A DNA stretch of 64,000 nucleotides, taken from the NCBI GenBank assembly GCA_965204575.1, contig OZ241993.1, positions 1,504,001-1,568,000 of the forward strand, written 5' to 3'. Every line of letters starts with the position of its first letter. Position 1 is the first letter of the stretch. The position numbers and the translations under genes are program-made. The notes under the pieces were generated by a model that saw only the letters and a program-made list of their open reading frames with translations, was not told the origin of the DNA and made no database searches. Of the stretch, positions 1 to 9,754 are shown piece by piece. The DNA comes from an uncultured candidatus Porisulfidus sp. Lineage in GTDB: Bacteria > Pseudomonadota > Gammaproteobacteria > Poriferisulfidales > Poriferisulfidaceae.

Positions 1-44
1 CGGGAGAAACCCTCCATGTCAACGGGGGCATGTTCATGGGCTGA
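1..44 (+). CDS. fabG: 3-oxoacyl-ACP reductase, C-terminal fragment (partial)
   Basis: Frame from base 3 reads GETLHVNGGMFMG*, the typical FabG end; directly upstream of acpP-fabF. Confidence 0.85.
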   Translation, partial: GETLHVNGGMFMG

Positions 45-100
45 CCGTGGGGAAACCGCCATCTGCCGACCTGCCACCCCGGAATCCACGTTGCTGGTCT

Positions 101-109
101 TGCTATAAT
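101..109 (+). promoter_or_regulatory. Extended -10 promoter element for acpP
   Basis: TGcTATAAT about 90 nt upstream of acpP ATG. Confidence 0.5.
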
Positions 110-198
110 TGGTACAGAATGTGGAATGAAAGCGTCATTGCTGCATCACCGCTTTCAATCTTCCACAATTCACTTATCAACTTGAGGAAATAATCATA

Positions 199-441
199 AT
201 GAGCGACAACATCGAAGAACGTGTCATGAAAGTCGTTTCGGAGCAACTGGGTGTTGACCCGGGCAAAGTCTCACTATCCTCGGCGTTCGTTGCTGATCTG
301 GACGCTGACTCCTTGGACACGGTGGAGTTGGTCATGGCCTTGGAAGAGGAATTCGACTTAACGATCCCCGACGAGATGGCCGAGAAGATCACAACCGTCC
401 AGCAGGCGGTGGATTTCATCAAGGACGGTTCCAGCGAATAA
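199..441 (+). CDS. acpP: Acyl carrier protein
   Basis: [20 protein letters not shown] phosphopantetheine motif. Confidence 0.98.
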   Translation: MSDNIEERVMKVVSEQLGVDPGKVSLSSAFVADLDADSLDTVELVMALEEEFDLTIPDEMAEKITTVQQAVDFIKDGSSE

Positions 442-560
442 GCCCTCTCCCCCTAGATACCAATCAGCCTGGGAATTGCCCGAGGAAAGAATTTCTGGTG
501 GATTCCACGATCATCAGTGCTCGGTAATCCCGTTTCCCATGACCCGATCCGGACCCCAAC

Positions 561-1802
561 ATGTCTCGGCGTAGAGTCGTAGTCACTGGTCTCGGAGTAG
601 TTTCGCCGATCGGCTCGACAGTCTCCAAAGCCTGGGAAAACCTGACGGCCGGATGCAGCGGAATCCGTCCCATCACGCGTTTCGATTCAACCGATTTTTC
701 CGTGCGCATCTGCGGTTCGGTCGTCGACTTCAATGCCGACGACTACATTTCCCCCAAGGAGCAGAGGAAAATGGATGTCTTCATCCATTACGGCATCGCG
801 GCCGCGGCCGATGCGATTCGGGATTCGGGATTGGACGTAACCGACGAGAACGCGTCGGGCATCGGGGTGGCCATCGGCTCCGGGATCGGGGGCTTGCCGT
901 GCATCGAAAACAACCACGGCTTCTACGAAGATTCCGGACCACGCAAAATTTCTCCGTTCTTCGTGCCCAGCAGCATCATCAACATGGTTTCAGGCGACCT
1001 GTCTGTCATGTTCAATCTCAAAGGCCCCAACATCGCGGTTGTCTCCGCCTGTGCCACAGGCACGCATAACATCGGACTGGCGGCGCGGTCGATCGCTCAC
1101 GGTGATGCCGAGGTGATGGTGGCGGGAGGAGCCGAGATGGCAACCAGCCCACTTGGAGTCGGCGGTTTCGCTTCGGCCCGGGCCTTGTGCTCCTCGCATA
1201 ACGACGATCCGGAAACCGCCTCACGTCCCTGGGACGCCGATCGCGACGGGTTTGTCCTGGGAGAAGGGGCCGGTGTGGTAGTGCTTGAGGAATACGAATT
1301 TGCGAAAGCCCGGGGAGCCCGGATTTATGGCGAGGTCGTGGGGTTTGGAATGAACGGGGACGCCCATCACATGACTCAGCCGAGCCCGGGGGGGGAGGGG
1401 GCGGCTCGCTGTATGCAGCGGACATTGGATGATGCCGAGATTGATCCGGAAACAGTGGATTACATCAATGCGCACGGCACTTCGACACCAGCCGGCGACA
1501 AGGCGGAAACCGACGCCATCAAGGCTGTATTCGGGGGTCACGCTAAGAAGGTCGCGATCAGTTCCAACAAATCCATGATCGGGCACCTGCTCGGTGCCGC
1601 CGGAGGCGTGGAAGCCGTATTCAGCCTATTGACCCTATACCATCAAGTCATTCCCCCGACCATCAACTATCAGACTCCGGATCCCGATTGTGATCTCGAC
1701 TACGTTCCCAATACGGCTCGCGAAGCGTCGGTGGAGGTGGTCCTCTCCAACTCATTCGGCTTCGGCGGGACCAATGGCAGCTTGGTCTTCAAGCGCGTTT
1801 GA
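561..1802 (+). CDS. fabF: 3-oxoacyl-ACP synthase II
   Basis: [30 protein letters not shown] motifs. Confidence 0.98.
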   Translation: MSRRRVVVTGLGVVSPIGSTVSKAWENLTAGCSGIRPITRFDSTDFSVRICGSVVDFNADDYISPKEQRKMDVFIHYGIAAAADAIRDSGLDVTDENASGIGVAIGSGIGGLPCIENNHGFYEDSGPRKISPFFVPSSIINMVSGDLSVMFNLKGPNIAVVSACATGTHNIGLAARSIAHGDAEVMVAGGAEMATSPLGVGGFASARALCSSHNDDPETASRPWDADRDGFVLGEGAGVVVLEEYEFAKARGARIYGEVVGFGMNGDAHHMTQPSPGGEGAARCMQRTLDDAEIDPETVDYINAHGTSTPAGDKAETDAIKAVFGGHAKKVAISSNKSMIGHLLGAAGGVEAVFSLLTLYHQVIPPTINYQTPDPDCDLDYVPNTAREASVEVVLSNSFGFGGTNGSLVFKRV

Positions 1803-1833
1803 GCGGGGCAGGGCTCCGAGCTAAATCTCCCTC

Positions 1834-2643
1834 ATGATTCTGGTCGACGGCGTCGCACGATCTCAGGTCGACGCAACAGACCGGGGTCTGCATTACGGAG
1901 ACGGACTGTTTGAAACCCTGGCCGTTTTCGAAGGGAAGATTCGTTGCTGGGCAGATCACTGGCGGCGACTCAGTGAAGGGTGCCAACAGCTGGGTCTACA
2001 TTGTCCGGAACAGGCTTTGCTTGAACGTGAGGTTTTCGAACTGAGCGAAGGCGCCCCTCGAAAAGTCGTCAAAATCCTGTTGACCCGCGGTTCCGGGCCG
2101 CGCGGGTACCGAATTCCAAAAAAGAGCGTCACCCGCAGGATTCTCACCGCGAACGACTGGCCGGACTATCCCCCGCAACACGCGCGGGAAGGCGTCCGCG
2201 TCCGGTTGTGTCAAACCCGACTGGGGCATAATCCCGCGCTGGCGGGCCTCAAGCATTGCAATCGACTGGAGCAAGTGCTGGCTCGGCAGGAGTGGGAGGA
2301 TGAAGCGGAAGAAGGCCTAATGCTGGATGTGGACGGGAATGTCATCGAGGGCACCATGAGCAATGTATTTCTGGTGTCCAATAATTCGCTGATGACTCCC
2401 GACGTGAGTCACTGCGGTGTAGCCGGCGTCACTCGGCAGCGGATCATCGACTGCTCCCCTGAACTAGGCATCCCGGTGGAAGTGGCCAGGGTTACGCTGA
2501 ACCAACTGCACGACGCGCAAGCCTGGTTCTTGTGCAATACGCTGGTCGGCTTATGGCCGGTCCGCTCCTTCGACGGCCGCAACTACCCACTTTCCGATCT
2601 GCTGCCAACTTTACGCATGATCGACGGACTGGAACTCTCATGA
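1834..2643 (+). CDS. pabC: Aminodeoxychorismate lyase
   Basis: DRGLHYGDGLFET, GLKHCNRLEQVLAR; synteny. Confidence 0.95.
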   Translation: MILVDGVARSQVDATDRGLHYGDGLFETLAVFEGKIRCWADHWRRLSEGCQQLGLHCPEQALLEREVFELSEGAPRKVVKILLTRGSGPRGYRIPKKSVTRRILTANDWPDYPPQHAREGVRVRLCQTRLGHNPALAGLKHCNRLEQVLARQEWEDEAEEGLMLDVDGNVIEGTMSNVFLVSNNSLMTPDVSHCGVAGVTRQRIIDCSPELGIPVEVARVTLNQLHDAQAWFLCNTLVGLWPVRSFDGRNYPLSDLLPTLRMIDGLELS

Positions 2644-3638
2644 AGTCTCGATACCTGCGCCTCGCTGCCATGCTGATATTTGTTTCCGTCATGGCATTGA
2701 GCGTACATGTTTGGAGTGTCTTGAGCCGAAACGCCATTCCCGCAGACCATGTCGTGGCCATCACGATTGAAAAAGGTGACAGTTTCAAACAGATTACCGA
2801 CAAGTTGCTCGAGCACAAAGCCGTTGCTGGACATCTGTACGCTTGGATTGCAGCAAAATATTTGGCAGCCGAAACACGGATTAAGGCCGGGGAATATGTC
2901 TTGGTCGGGCCGATGGCGACACTGAGAGTTTTCAAGGAATTGATTGACGGCGGCGGTGTCCTGCACGGACAAACTTTTTTCGAAGGCTGGACGATGCGCG
3001 AGATACTGGAAGCATTGAGAAAGAACCCGACAGTGAAAAAGACACCCGCTCCCTTGTTGAGATTCGGGTATTCCACTGCAGACGAAGCAGAAGGAGCGTG
3101 TCTTCCAGACACTTACAAGCATTATCGAGGTGATCCGGATTACAAGATTCTAGGGCTGTGCATCATGGCCATGCGCGAGACATTGGAAGAACTTTGGGCT
3201 ACGCGTGCCTCAGGGCTGCCGTACGACGAACCAAGGGACGCCTTGATTCTGGCGTCCATTGTCGAAGCAGAGACCACTCTGGATGAGGAACGCCCCGAAG
3301 TCGCCGGCGTCTTGATCTCTCGCCTTCGCAAGAATATGCGCCTCCAAACCGACCCGACGGTTATCTACGGCCTCGGCTCTGATTTCGACAACAATTTGAC
3401 TCGGAAGCACCTGCGAGCGGACCCCGAAATCAATCCATACAATACCTACCGAATCCATGGGCTCCCCCCCGGACCCATCTGCAATCCAGGCCGGCGTTCT
3501 CTGGAGGCTGCGCTCCAGCCGGACTTGGAAACCGAAAACCTGTACTATGTTGCAGTCGGGGATGGAAGCCATTATTTCTCGGAGACCTACGAGGAGCACA
3601 TGGAAGCCGTTCGAAAATATCAACTAGGCGGGAAGTAA
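2640..3638 (+). CDS. mltG: Endolytic transglycosylase MltG
   Basis: N-terminal TM, LASIVEAET, LQTDPTVIYG, NPYNTY..GLPPGPI; start placed at ATG overlapping pabC stop. Confidence 0.93.
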   Translation: MKSRYLRLAAMLIFVSVMALSVHVWSVLSRNAIPADHVVAITIEKGDSFKQITDKLLEHKAVAGHLYAWIAAKYLAAETRIKAGEYVLVGPMATLRVFKELIDGGGVLHGQTFFEGWTMREILEALRKNPTVKKTPAPLLRFGYSTADEAEGACLPDTYKHYRGDPDYKILGLCIMAMRETLEELWATRASGLPYDEPRDALILASIVEAETTLDEERPEVAGVLISRLRKNMRLQTDPTVIYGLGSDFDNNLTRKHLRADPEINPYNTYRIHGLPPGPICNPGRRSLEAALQPDLETENLYYVAVGDGSHYFSETYEEHMEAVRKYQLGGK

Positions 3639-4264
3639 TGCCGCAGAAAAGCATGTTTATCAGCCTTGAAGGCATTGAAGGAGCCGGGAAATCGACTCAC
3701 ATGCCAGCCCTTGTGGACCTGCTCGAGTCCCATAAGATTCCCTGTCTCGCAACGCGGGAACCCGGAGGGACGGAATTCGGAGAACACGTGCGGGAGATCC
3801 TGTTGTCTAAGACCCAGGCCCCTGAAAGCGTAGAAGCGGAATTACTTCTGATTTTCGCGGCACGGGCGGAACACGTTCACACTCGCATCAAACCGGCCCT
3901 GGAAGCCGGTTCGTGGGTACTGACAGACCGCTTTCTCGATGCCAGTTTCGCCTACCAGGGAGCAGGGCAGGGGCTTGGCGTCGACCGGGTCGGACAGTTG
4001 GCGCAATGGCTTCTCCCGGACCTGCGCCCAGATCTGGTTATTGTTCTGGACACATCAGTAGAAACTGCATTGGAGCGTGTCCAGAGACGTGGGCAAAAAA
4101 AAGATCGCTATGAAGAAAACGATCTGGAATTTTTCACCCGGGCGCGCCAATACTATCTGGACCAAGCACTCTCTCAACCTGACCGCTACCGGGTAGTCGA
4201 CGCGGAACGCCCGGTCGACGAAGTCCACGCGGAACTTCTTGAGATTCTGCGTGGCCTGATCTGA
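3638..4264 (+). CDS. tmk: Thymidylate kinase
   Basis: EGIEGAGKST P-loop, TREPGGT, DRF..S.AYQG. Confidence 0.97.
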   Translation: MPQKSMFISLEGIEGAGKSTHMPALVDLLESHKIPCLATREPGGTEFGEHVREILLSKTQAPESVEAELLLIFAARAEHVHTRIKPALEAGSWVLTDRFLDASFAYQGAGQGLGVDRVGQLAQWLLPDLRPDLVIVLDTSVETALERVQRRGQKKDRYEENDLEFFTRARQYYLDQALSQPDRYRVVDAERPVDEVHAELLEILRGLI

Positions 4265-5286
4265 TGATCGAGAAACAGATACCCGTCTGGCTGGAACCGA
4301 TCTGGAAACAGTGGAGGATAGCCTACCGGGAAGGTCGGCTGCCACATGCGGTACTGGTTACCGGACCGTCCGGAATCGGCAAGCGCTGGCTGGTTGAAAC
4401 GTTCATCCGAGGCATTCAATGCCGTGCGCCAACCGAGCAGGGATTGCCTTGCGAACAGTGTCCTTCATGCAAGCAATACGTGTCCTACCGCCACCTCGAA
4501 AAGAAATCCCATCCTGACATCGACTGGTTGACCATCGGGCGCTACTCCATCGGAATCGGAGATATCCGAGATCAAATCATCCAGAGGTTGACCCTGAAAG
4601 CCAACTACGGGCACATGAGGCTTTTGGTGATCGAGCCAGCAGAACGAATGACACGGGCAGCCTCCAATGCGCTGCTGAAGAGCCTCGAAGAACCCCCTCC
4701 CGACACGATGCTTTTTTTAATCAGCCATCAACCAGGGCGCCTGCTGGCAACAATCCGTAGCCGATGTCAGAGATATGCCTTGCCGGAGCCGGACGCGGAG
4801 CAGAGTCAAGCGTGGCTATCCGAATCCATGGCCCCCGAACAAGCCAAAAGTGCTCTACAGGCCGGGGGCGGCATGCCGATGCGAGCCCTGCAAATGCAAC
4901 GGGACGATCAAGTAGATTTCCGAAACGAATTCGAACAGGGCTTGACCGATGTCTTGGAAGGCAAACAGTCGGAGACAGCCTTTGCCAGCGCATGGAATGT
5001 GACTCCCGCCCAGGGGAAGGCACGCGGAAAGAAGGCGGGTAGTGAAGAAGCTCAAGAGGACATTTCTATGGATCTGCGCCTAGTCTGGGTAATAGACCGG
5101 GCCGTGGAAGACGTTCGAAGCAAGGTGGCCGAGAAAGACTCTGTTTTGAATATTCGAGCGGCTCTCCAAGCCTACCGGGAATTGCTGAACATCCGGGCGC
5201 GAGAAGCGACTATCCCGGCACCCCAGTTAAACCTGGAAGCGGCCTGCCTAGCACTCACGGGCGGCGCCCAGCCCTCGGCGGACTAG
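4264..5286 (+). CDS. holB: DNA polymerase III delta' subunit
   Basis: GPSGIGK, Cys cluster, HPD, NALLKSLEEPP, TIRSRC; follows tmk. Confidence 0.92.
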   Translation: MIEKQIPVWLEPIWKQWRIAYREGRLPHAVLVTGPSGIGKRWLVETFIRGIQCRAPTEQGLPCEQCPSCKQYVSYRHLEKKSHPDIDWLTIGRYSIGIGDIRDQIIQRLTLKANYGHMRLLVIEPAERMTRAASNALLKSLEEPPPDTMLFLISHQPGRLLATIRSRCQRYALPEPDAEQSQAWLSESMAPEQAKSALQAGGGMPMRALQMQRDDQVDFRNEFEQGLTDVLEGKQSETAFASAWNVTPAQGKARGKKAGSEEAQEDISMDLRLVWVIDRAVEDVRSKVAEKDSVLNIRAALQAYRELLNIRAREATIPAPQLNLEAACLALTGGAQPSAD

Positions 5287-6422
5287 GGATCGCTGTCGAG
5301 GATTTCCTGCAGGGTCTCGAGCGCAAGCTGCAAAGCGTTTGCCGGCGTATAAAAGTGAGGAGAGAAACGGATTCCACCTCCGCGTGCGGCGCAGAGAACC
5401 CCGCGTTCCAGTAACCGCTTATACACCTCTTCGCTCTCCCGGCGAGGAGGCGCAAAGGTCAGGATCCCCGCTCGCCGGTTCGGTCCCGAAGGTGTCAGTA
5501 TTCGGCACTCCAAGGCTCGGAGGGATTGATCGAGTTGCTGGATTCTGTCCGCGATACGCTCCTCAATCTCGATCATGCCGACCTCGTGCAGCAGGTTCAG
5601 GCTGGCACGCAGCGCATAGATGCCCAGCGTGTTCAGGCTCCCGCATTCAAACCGTCTGGCATCAGGAGCAATTTCCCAAACGGTTTCCTCGTAATGGCCG
5701 GCTCGGGCAACCATGTGCCAGCCGTACTGAGACAGACCGAGCCGCTCGTACAGCTCGGGACGCACCCAGAACAGTGCGATACCTTCCGGCCCCAACATCC
5801 ACTTGTGGGCGTCGGCCGCCAGGAAGTCGATCTTGCTTTCACGCACACTCAGTGAATGCGCGCCCAGGCTCTGGATCGCATCCACGCAAAACAGGGTAGG
5901 GGTGCCGTGCAAGGCATGCCCCAGTAGGGAAAGGTCCATCTTGAGCCCGGAAGCATAGTGCACTGAACTAGTCGTCAAGAGACGGGTACGAGAATCGACT
6001 TGTTCAAGGAGTGCTTGTTCGGGGGTGTCTGTGGCATTAACATCCACCCAGCGGATCTCAACCGAATGCTGTGTGGCCATGGCTTCCCAAGGAATCCGGT
6101 TCGAGGGAAATTCTTCCCGTGCCAGCACGACATTGTCGCCGGCCTTCCAGTCCAACCCGAATGCCACAGCAGAAATTCCCTCAGAAGTGTTCTTCAAGAA
6201 GGCAATCTCGTCTTTCGATTCTGCATCTAGGAGCCAACGGCCAAGTTCCCGCAATTCCCGTTCTTCCTGCAACCACATGTCATAACGGCGGGAGCTCCAG
6301 CTCGCATTCTCATAAGCGAACTGGGTTACAGCCTTGACAGTTGCTCTTGGCCAAGGTGAAATTCCCGCATGGTTCAGGTGAACCAGGCTTGGATTTAATT
6401 CAAATAATTCGCTATAAGACAT
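5283..6422 (-). CDS. Class V PLP-dependent aminotransferase (cysteine desulfurase-like)
   Basis: LNHAGISP, VDAIQSLG, ADAHKWMLGP, IRFSPHFY. Confidence 0.88.
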   Translation of the reverse strand: MSYSELFELNPSLVHLNHAGISPWPRATVKAVTQFAYENASWSSRRYDMWLQEERELRELGRWLLDAESKDEIAFLKNTSEGISAVAFGLDWKAGDNVVLAREEFPSNRIPWEAMATQHSVEIRWVDVNATDTPEQALLEQVDSRTRLLTTSSVHYASGLKMDLSLLGHALHGTPTLFCVDAIQSLGAHSLSVRESKIDFLAADAHKWMLGPEGIALFWVRPELYERLGLSQYGWHMVARAGHYEETVWEIAPDARRFECGSLNTLGIYALRASLNLLHEVGMIEIEERIADRIQQLDQSLRALECRILTPSGPNRRAGILTFAPPRRESEEVYKRLLERGVLCAARGGGIRFSPHFYTPANALQLALETLQEILDSDP

Positions 6423-6431
6423 GGATAATTC

Positions 6432-6440
6432 TGTTATAAT
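6432..6440 (+). promoter_or_regulatory. Extended -10 element for L,D-transpeptidase gene
   Basis: TGtTATAAT 24 nt upstream of ATG 6465. Confidence 0.45.
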
Positions 6441-6464
6441 TCAACATTCTGTCAGATTTTCATT

Positions 6465-7481
6465 ATGAACATCGCGGACAAACGCTTCTGGGGCGGGGTG
6501 GTATTTGCCCTGAACCTGCCGGTAGCGAGTGCCGAACTTCTGAATCTGCCCGAAAACGGGGATTCTGTGTTGGGAATCTCCTACAACATCACGACTCACT
6601 ACGGTGAAACGACGCTGATGTTGGCCCAGATGCATCAGATTGGATACCATGAACTGCTGTCGGCCAATCCAAACGTGCATACCTGGATGCCGGGAGAAGG
6701 CATCCGTATGCACATACCCCGGCAATACATTCTACCGGGAAAGGCGCGCACAGGCCTGGTGCTGAACCTCGCGGAACTTCGACTCTACTACTATGACACC
6801 GATCCGGATGGCAAACCCCAGGTCCGGACGTACCCAATCAGCGCAGGGCGGGTCGACTGGGTGACCCCGATCGGGATGACCCGGGTCCTGGATCGCCTGG
6901 AGAACCCGAACTGGTATCCGCCAAAGTCTGTCATCCTCGAGCATGAGGCGAGGGGAGAAGAACTGCCGAAAGTGATTCCACCGGGCGAAGACAACCCGCT
7001 TGGCCGGTATGCCCTGATGCTGGACGCAGATGGCTACTTTATCCATGGCACAAACCGGGAGCAGGGTATCGGAATGAGAGTGACCCACGGCTGCATCCGA
7101 TTGCGATCCAAGGACATCGCCGAGTTGATTCATCGAGTGCCTATCGACGCCCCCGTCGAGATCACGTCGATGCCAATCAAGGCCGGACTGCTAAACGGAA
7201 TCGTCTACGTGGAGGCTCACCCCAAACCACTGGAAGAGTTTCCGATGCCGGAGAAGAATCCTGTATTTGAAGAAACGGATATCCTTCGGCCTATTCTTGC
7301 CCTTGAAGAGCAACTCCCAGCGGGAGATTACGTAATCTATTGGGAGCAGGTGATGGAGGTTGCGCGGCAGCGGCTTGGAATCCCGATCGCAGTCGGCTGG
7401 GACCGATCGGTGCAGGTCGCCGTACCAGAGGGCAGGCCGGAATTGTTGTGGAGCCTGGACAAGCCGGCTGACTCCAGTTAA
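6465..7481 (+). CDS. L,D-transpeptidase (ErfK/YbiS family)
   Basis: Signal peptide, NPLGRYAL, IHGTN...GMRVTHGCIRL catalytic motif. Confidence 0.93.
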   Translation: MNIADKRFWGGVVFALNLPVASAELLNLPENGDSVLGISYNITTHYGETTLMLAQMHQIGYHELLSANPNVHTWMPGEGIRMHIPRQYILPGKARTGLVLNLAELRLYYYDTDPDGKPQVRTYPISAGRVDWVTPIGMTRVLDRLENPNWYPPKSVILEHEARGEELPKVIPPGEDNPLGRYALMLDADGYFIHGTNREQGIGMRVTHGCIRLRSKDIAELIHRVPIDAPVEITSMPIKAGLLNGIVYVEAHPKPLEEFPMPEKNPVFEETDILRPILALEEQLPAGDYVIYWEQVMEVARQRLGIPIAVGWDRSVQVAVPEGRPELLWSLDKPADSS

Positions 7482-7514
7482 AGAAAAAGAGCCTGAAAAC
7501 AGACCCTTTTTCTT
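7481..7514 (-). terminator. Rho-independent terminator, probably bidirectional
   Basis: Minus strand AAGAAAAAG-GGTCTG-TTTT-CAGGCT-CTTTTTCTT between convergent genes. Confidence 0.7.
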
Positions 7515-7535
7515 GATGCAATCAAACGCTGAAGA

Positions 7536-7832
7536 TTACTTCTTCTGCATATCGTGCATCATCGTGTTGAGGCGATGAGAATTCGCATCGCAGCAGGAAA
7601 TTGCCATCCGTGCCAACTCGTCAGCTGTCCTAGCTGACTCATTAGCCTGGAACGCAATGTGATCTGCCGCTTTGGCCATGCGCAATGCTTCATCCGCGGT
7701 CGATTGAGCCGCAGCAACTTGGGAATCCAACGTTGCAAGGTGATCCATGACCGCCTGAGGAACGCCGCATCCAGTGAGGAAAGCACCACTCAAGATGACC
7801 CCTAGGGCCAATGCCTTTGCTTTTTTATCCAT
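7536..7832 (-). CDS. Lpp/OprI-like alanine-zipper lipoprotein
   Basis: Lipobox LTGC, Ala-rich coiled coil, C-terminal MQKK; GGAG RBS. Confidence 0.85.
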   Translation of the reverse strand: MDKKAKALALGVILSGAFLTGCGVPQAVMDHLATLDSQVAAAQSTADEALRMAKAADHIAFQANESARTADELARMAISCCDANSHRLNTMMHDMQKK

Positions 7833-8003
7833 GTCAACTCCAGAGTTGTGTTGTTTTGTTTTTTTAGTGCACTTTTTGCGGCGCACATTGCTAGTAAAAA
7901 TACAAAGCATTGAGCACCGTCGGGCTGATTGTACAGATTTTAGTGTAATAATTCAACTAGGCGCAGAACTTTCATTCCCATCGAACCTTCCTCGCGACTA
8001 AAC

Positions 8004-8777
8004 ATGCCATGTTTCATCATGAGTGCATTGCGCTGGAAAGAGCCAATAATTCACTCGATTCGTATCTTCCTGCTCGGGGCGGTCGTAGTCTCTTTTTCAG
8101 CTCCGGCACAGGCTTGGAACGTATTTAACGTCCAGTACCTCTATGGATCAAACTACGAGCTTGAACCTGAGCAGGTGGATGTCCTTACTTTAGAGTGGGC
8201 CAATGGCTGGGCCTATGGAGACAATTTCGCGTTTGTCGACATTACGAACTTCGTCCAAGGTGATAACACCGTCTACGGAGAGTGGGCACCGCGGCTGAGC
8301 CTGTCGAAAATTACCGGCAAGGATTTTTCTACAGGACCAATCCAGGATATTTTGCTGTCGGGGACAGTTGAACTCGGCGAAGACATTTCCAACTATTTAA
8401 TCGGGGGAGCCATCGATCTCGCAATTCCAAGTTTCAATTTTTTCCAGGTCAATGGGTATTTAAGGGAAAACTCCGAGTTATCGGGATCCACTTGGCAAGT
8501 CACTCTGGCCTGGAGCGCCAATTTCGAAATTGGCAGGGGGCGATGGAACTTTTCAGGCTTTATCGACTGGGCCGGTTCCGAGGGGAAATCCGGAACACCT
8601 GCCTATTCAAAACGTAATTTTCACGCCCAGCCTCAGTTATTGCTGGATTTGGGCCATTTGCGCGGCCGGCCCGGGTGGCTGTATGCCGGCGTAGAGTGGC
8701 TCTACTGGCATAACAGATTTGGAATCCCTGGGATTACCGAATCGGTTGCCCAGGCAATGGTCAAGGCAAAATTCTAG
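8004..8777 (+). CDS. Tsx/OmpK-family outer membrane channel
   Basis: Signal peptide, GW.YGDNF.FVD, YGEW.PRLSL, QPQLL.DLG, terminal Phe; start uncertain. Confidence 0.85.
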   Translation: MPCFIMSALRWKEPIIHSIRIFLLGAVVVSFSAPAQAWNVFNVQYLYGSNYELEPEQVDVLTLEWANGWAYGDNFAFVDITNFVQGDNTVYGEWAPRLSLSKITGKDFSTGPIQDILLSGTVELGEDISNYLIGGAIDLAIPSFNFFQVNGYLRENSELSGSTWQVTLAWSANFEIGRGRWNFSGFIDWAGSEGKSGTPAYSKRNFHAQPQLLLDLGHLRGRPGWLYAGVEWLYWHNRFGIPGITESVAQAMVKAKF

Positions 8778-8868
8778 ATTCCTGCTGGTTTCCTCTCGTT
8801 TCCGGCCGAAAAGGAGCCTGGAGACGTTTGCGCCGGGGCGGCAGACCACCCCAATTGCCAAACCCAAC

Positions 8869-8896
8869 ACTTCGCATAATGAATATTATGTAAAGT
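8869..8896. other. dif: dif-like XerCD recombination site
   Basis: ACTTCGCATAA-TGAATA-TTATGTAAAGT vs E. coli GGTGCGCATAA-TGTATA-TTATGTTAAAT; intergenic; KOPS polarity switches here. Confidence 0.85.
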
Positions 8897-8965
8897 TATA
8901 AGTTTCTCAGGGTATGCCGGATCACCGTTCGGCGGTACGATAAAGACCTGAACCAGCCCCCGACC

Positions 8966-9754
8966 ATGCGCATTTCCCTGCTGTCCGACACACACCATAA
9001 TTTCGGGGATTCCAGCGAATGGCCACATCCATTGCCGGATCACGACGTCTTGGTCCTCGCCGGTGACATCTCGGAATACGTCAACAGCCCTGCAAATCTC
9101 ACCAAGATCCTTGCGCATTACCGCTCGCGAACAGACCGGCCGATCCTTTATTTGCCTGGAAACCACGAGTTCTACCGCCACGACTACCATCGAACACTCG
9201 ATCGGATCCGGCGCGATACCGATCAATTCGGTATCGAATTGCTGAATTGCCGCCGTATCCAATACGGCGATGTCGCTTTCCACGGGTGTACGCTGTGGTC
9301 CGATTTCACGCTGTTCGGGGCCGAACAGGCTGATCTGTACGGACTTTATGCCGAGCACTCCATTACCGATTTTCACGTAATCGGCTTTGAAAACAGGGCC
9401 TTTCGGCGTACTGACTGTGCAGAACTGCACCGTCAGGAGCGTACCTGGCTTGAAAAGTCTCTGGCCTCGTCGGAGGCCCCGTACAACGTGGTCATCACGC
9501 ATTTCGCGCCAGTTGCGCGGTGTATTCCCGAGCGCTACCTGGGTGATCGATTGAATCCTTATTTCGTTGCAGGATGCGAAGATTTGGTGGAGCGATTCGA
9601 GCCCGGTCTCTGGCTATACGGCCATACGCACCAGCCGGACGACTTCGTCTTGGGAAAAACTAGATTTATTAATAATGCTCGTGGTTACCCACTTGAAAAT
9701 TCAGGGATTGATTTTAGACCTGACAAGATAATCGAGGTCGGGCAAAAGGTCTAA
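8966..9754 (+). CDS. Metallophosphoesterase (calcineurin-like)
   Basis: SDTH, AGDI, PGNHE, THFAP, YGHTH motifs. Confidence 0.92.
   Translation: MRISLLSDTHHNFGDSSEWPHPLPDHDVLVLAGDISEYVNSPANLTKILAHYRSRTDRPILYLPGNHEFYRHDYHRTLDRIRRDTDQFGIELLNCRRIQYGDVAFHGCTLWSDFTLFGAEQADLYGLYAEHSITDFHVIGFENRAFRRTDCAELHRQERTWLEKSLASSEAPYNVVITHFAPVARCIPERYLGDRLNPYFVAGCEDLVERFEPGLWLYGHTHQPDDFVLGKTRFINNARGYPLENSGIDFRPDKIIEVGQKV

Noticed and set aside
1388-1400. G run in fabF as a phase-variation tract
   Set aside because: In frame, encodes PGGEG in a core gene; better explained as a KOPS overlap
8774-9502. 242-aa minus-strand ORF spanning dif
   Set aside because: Antisense to the metallophosphoesterase with no motifs
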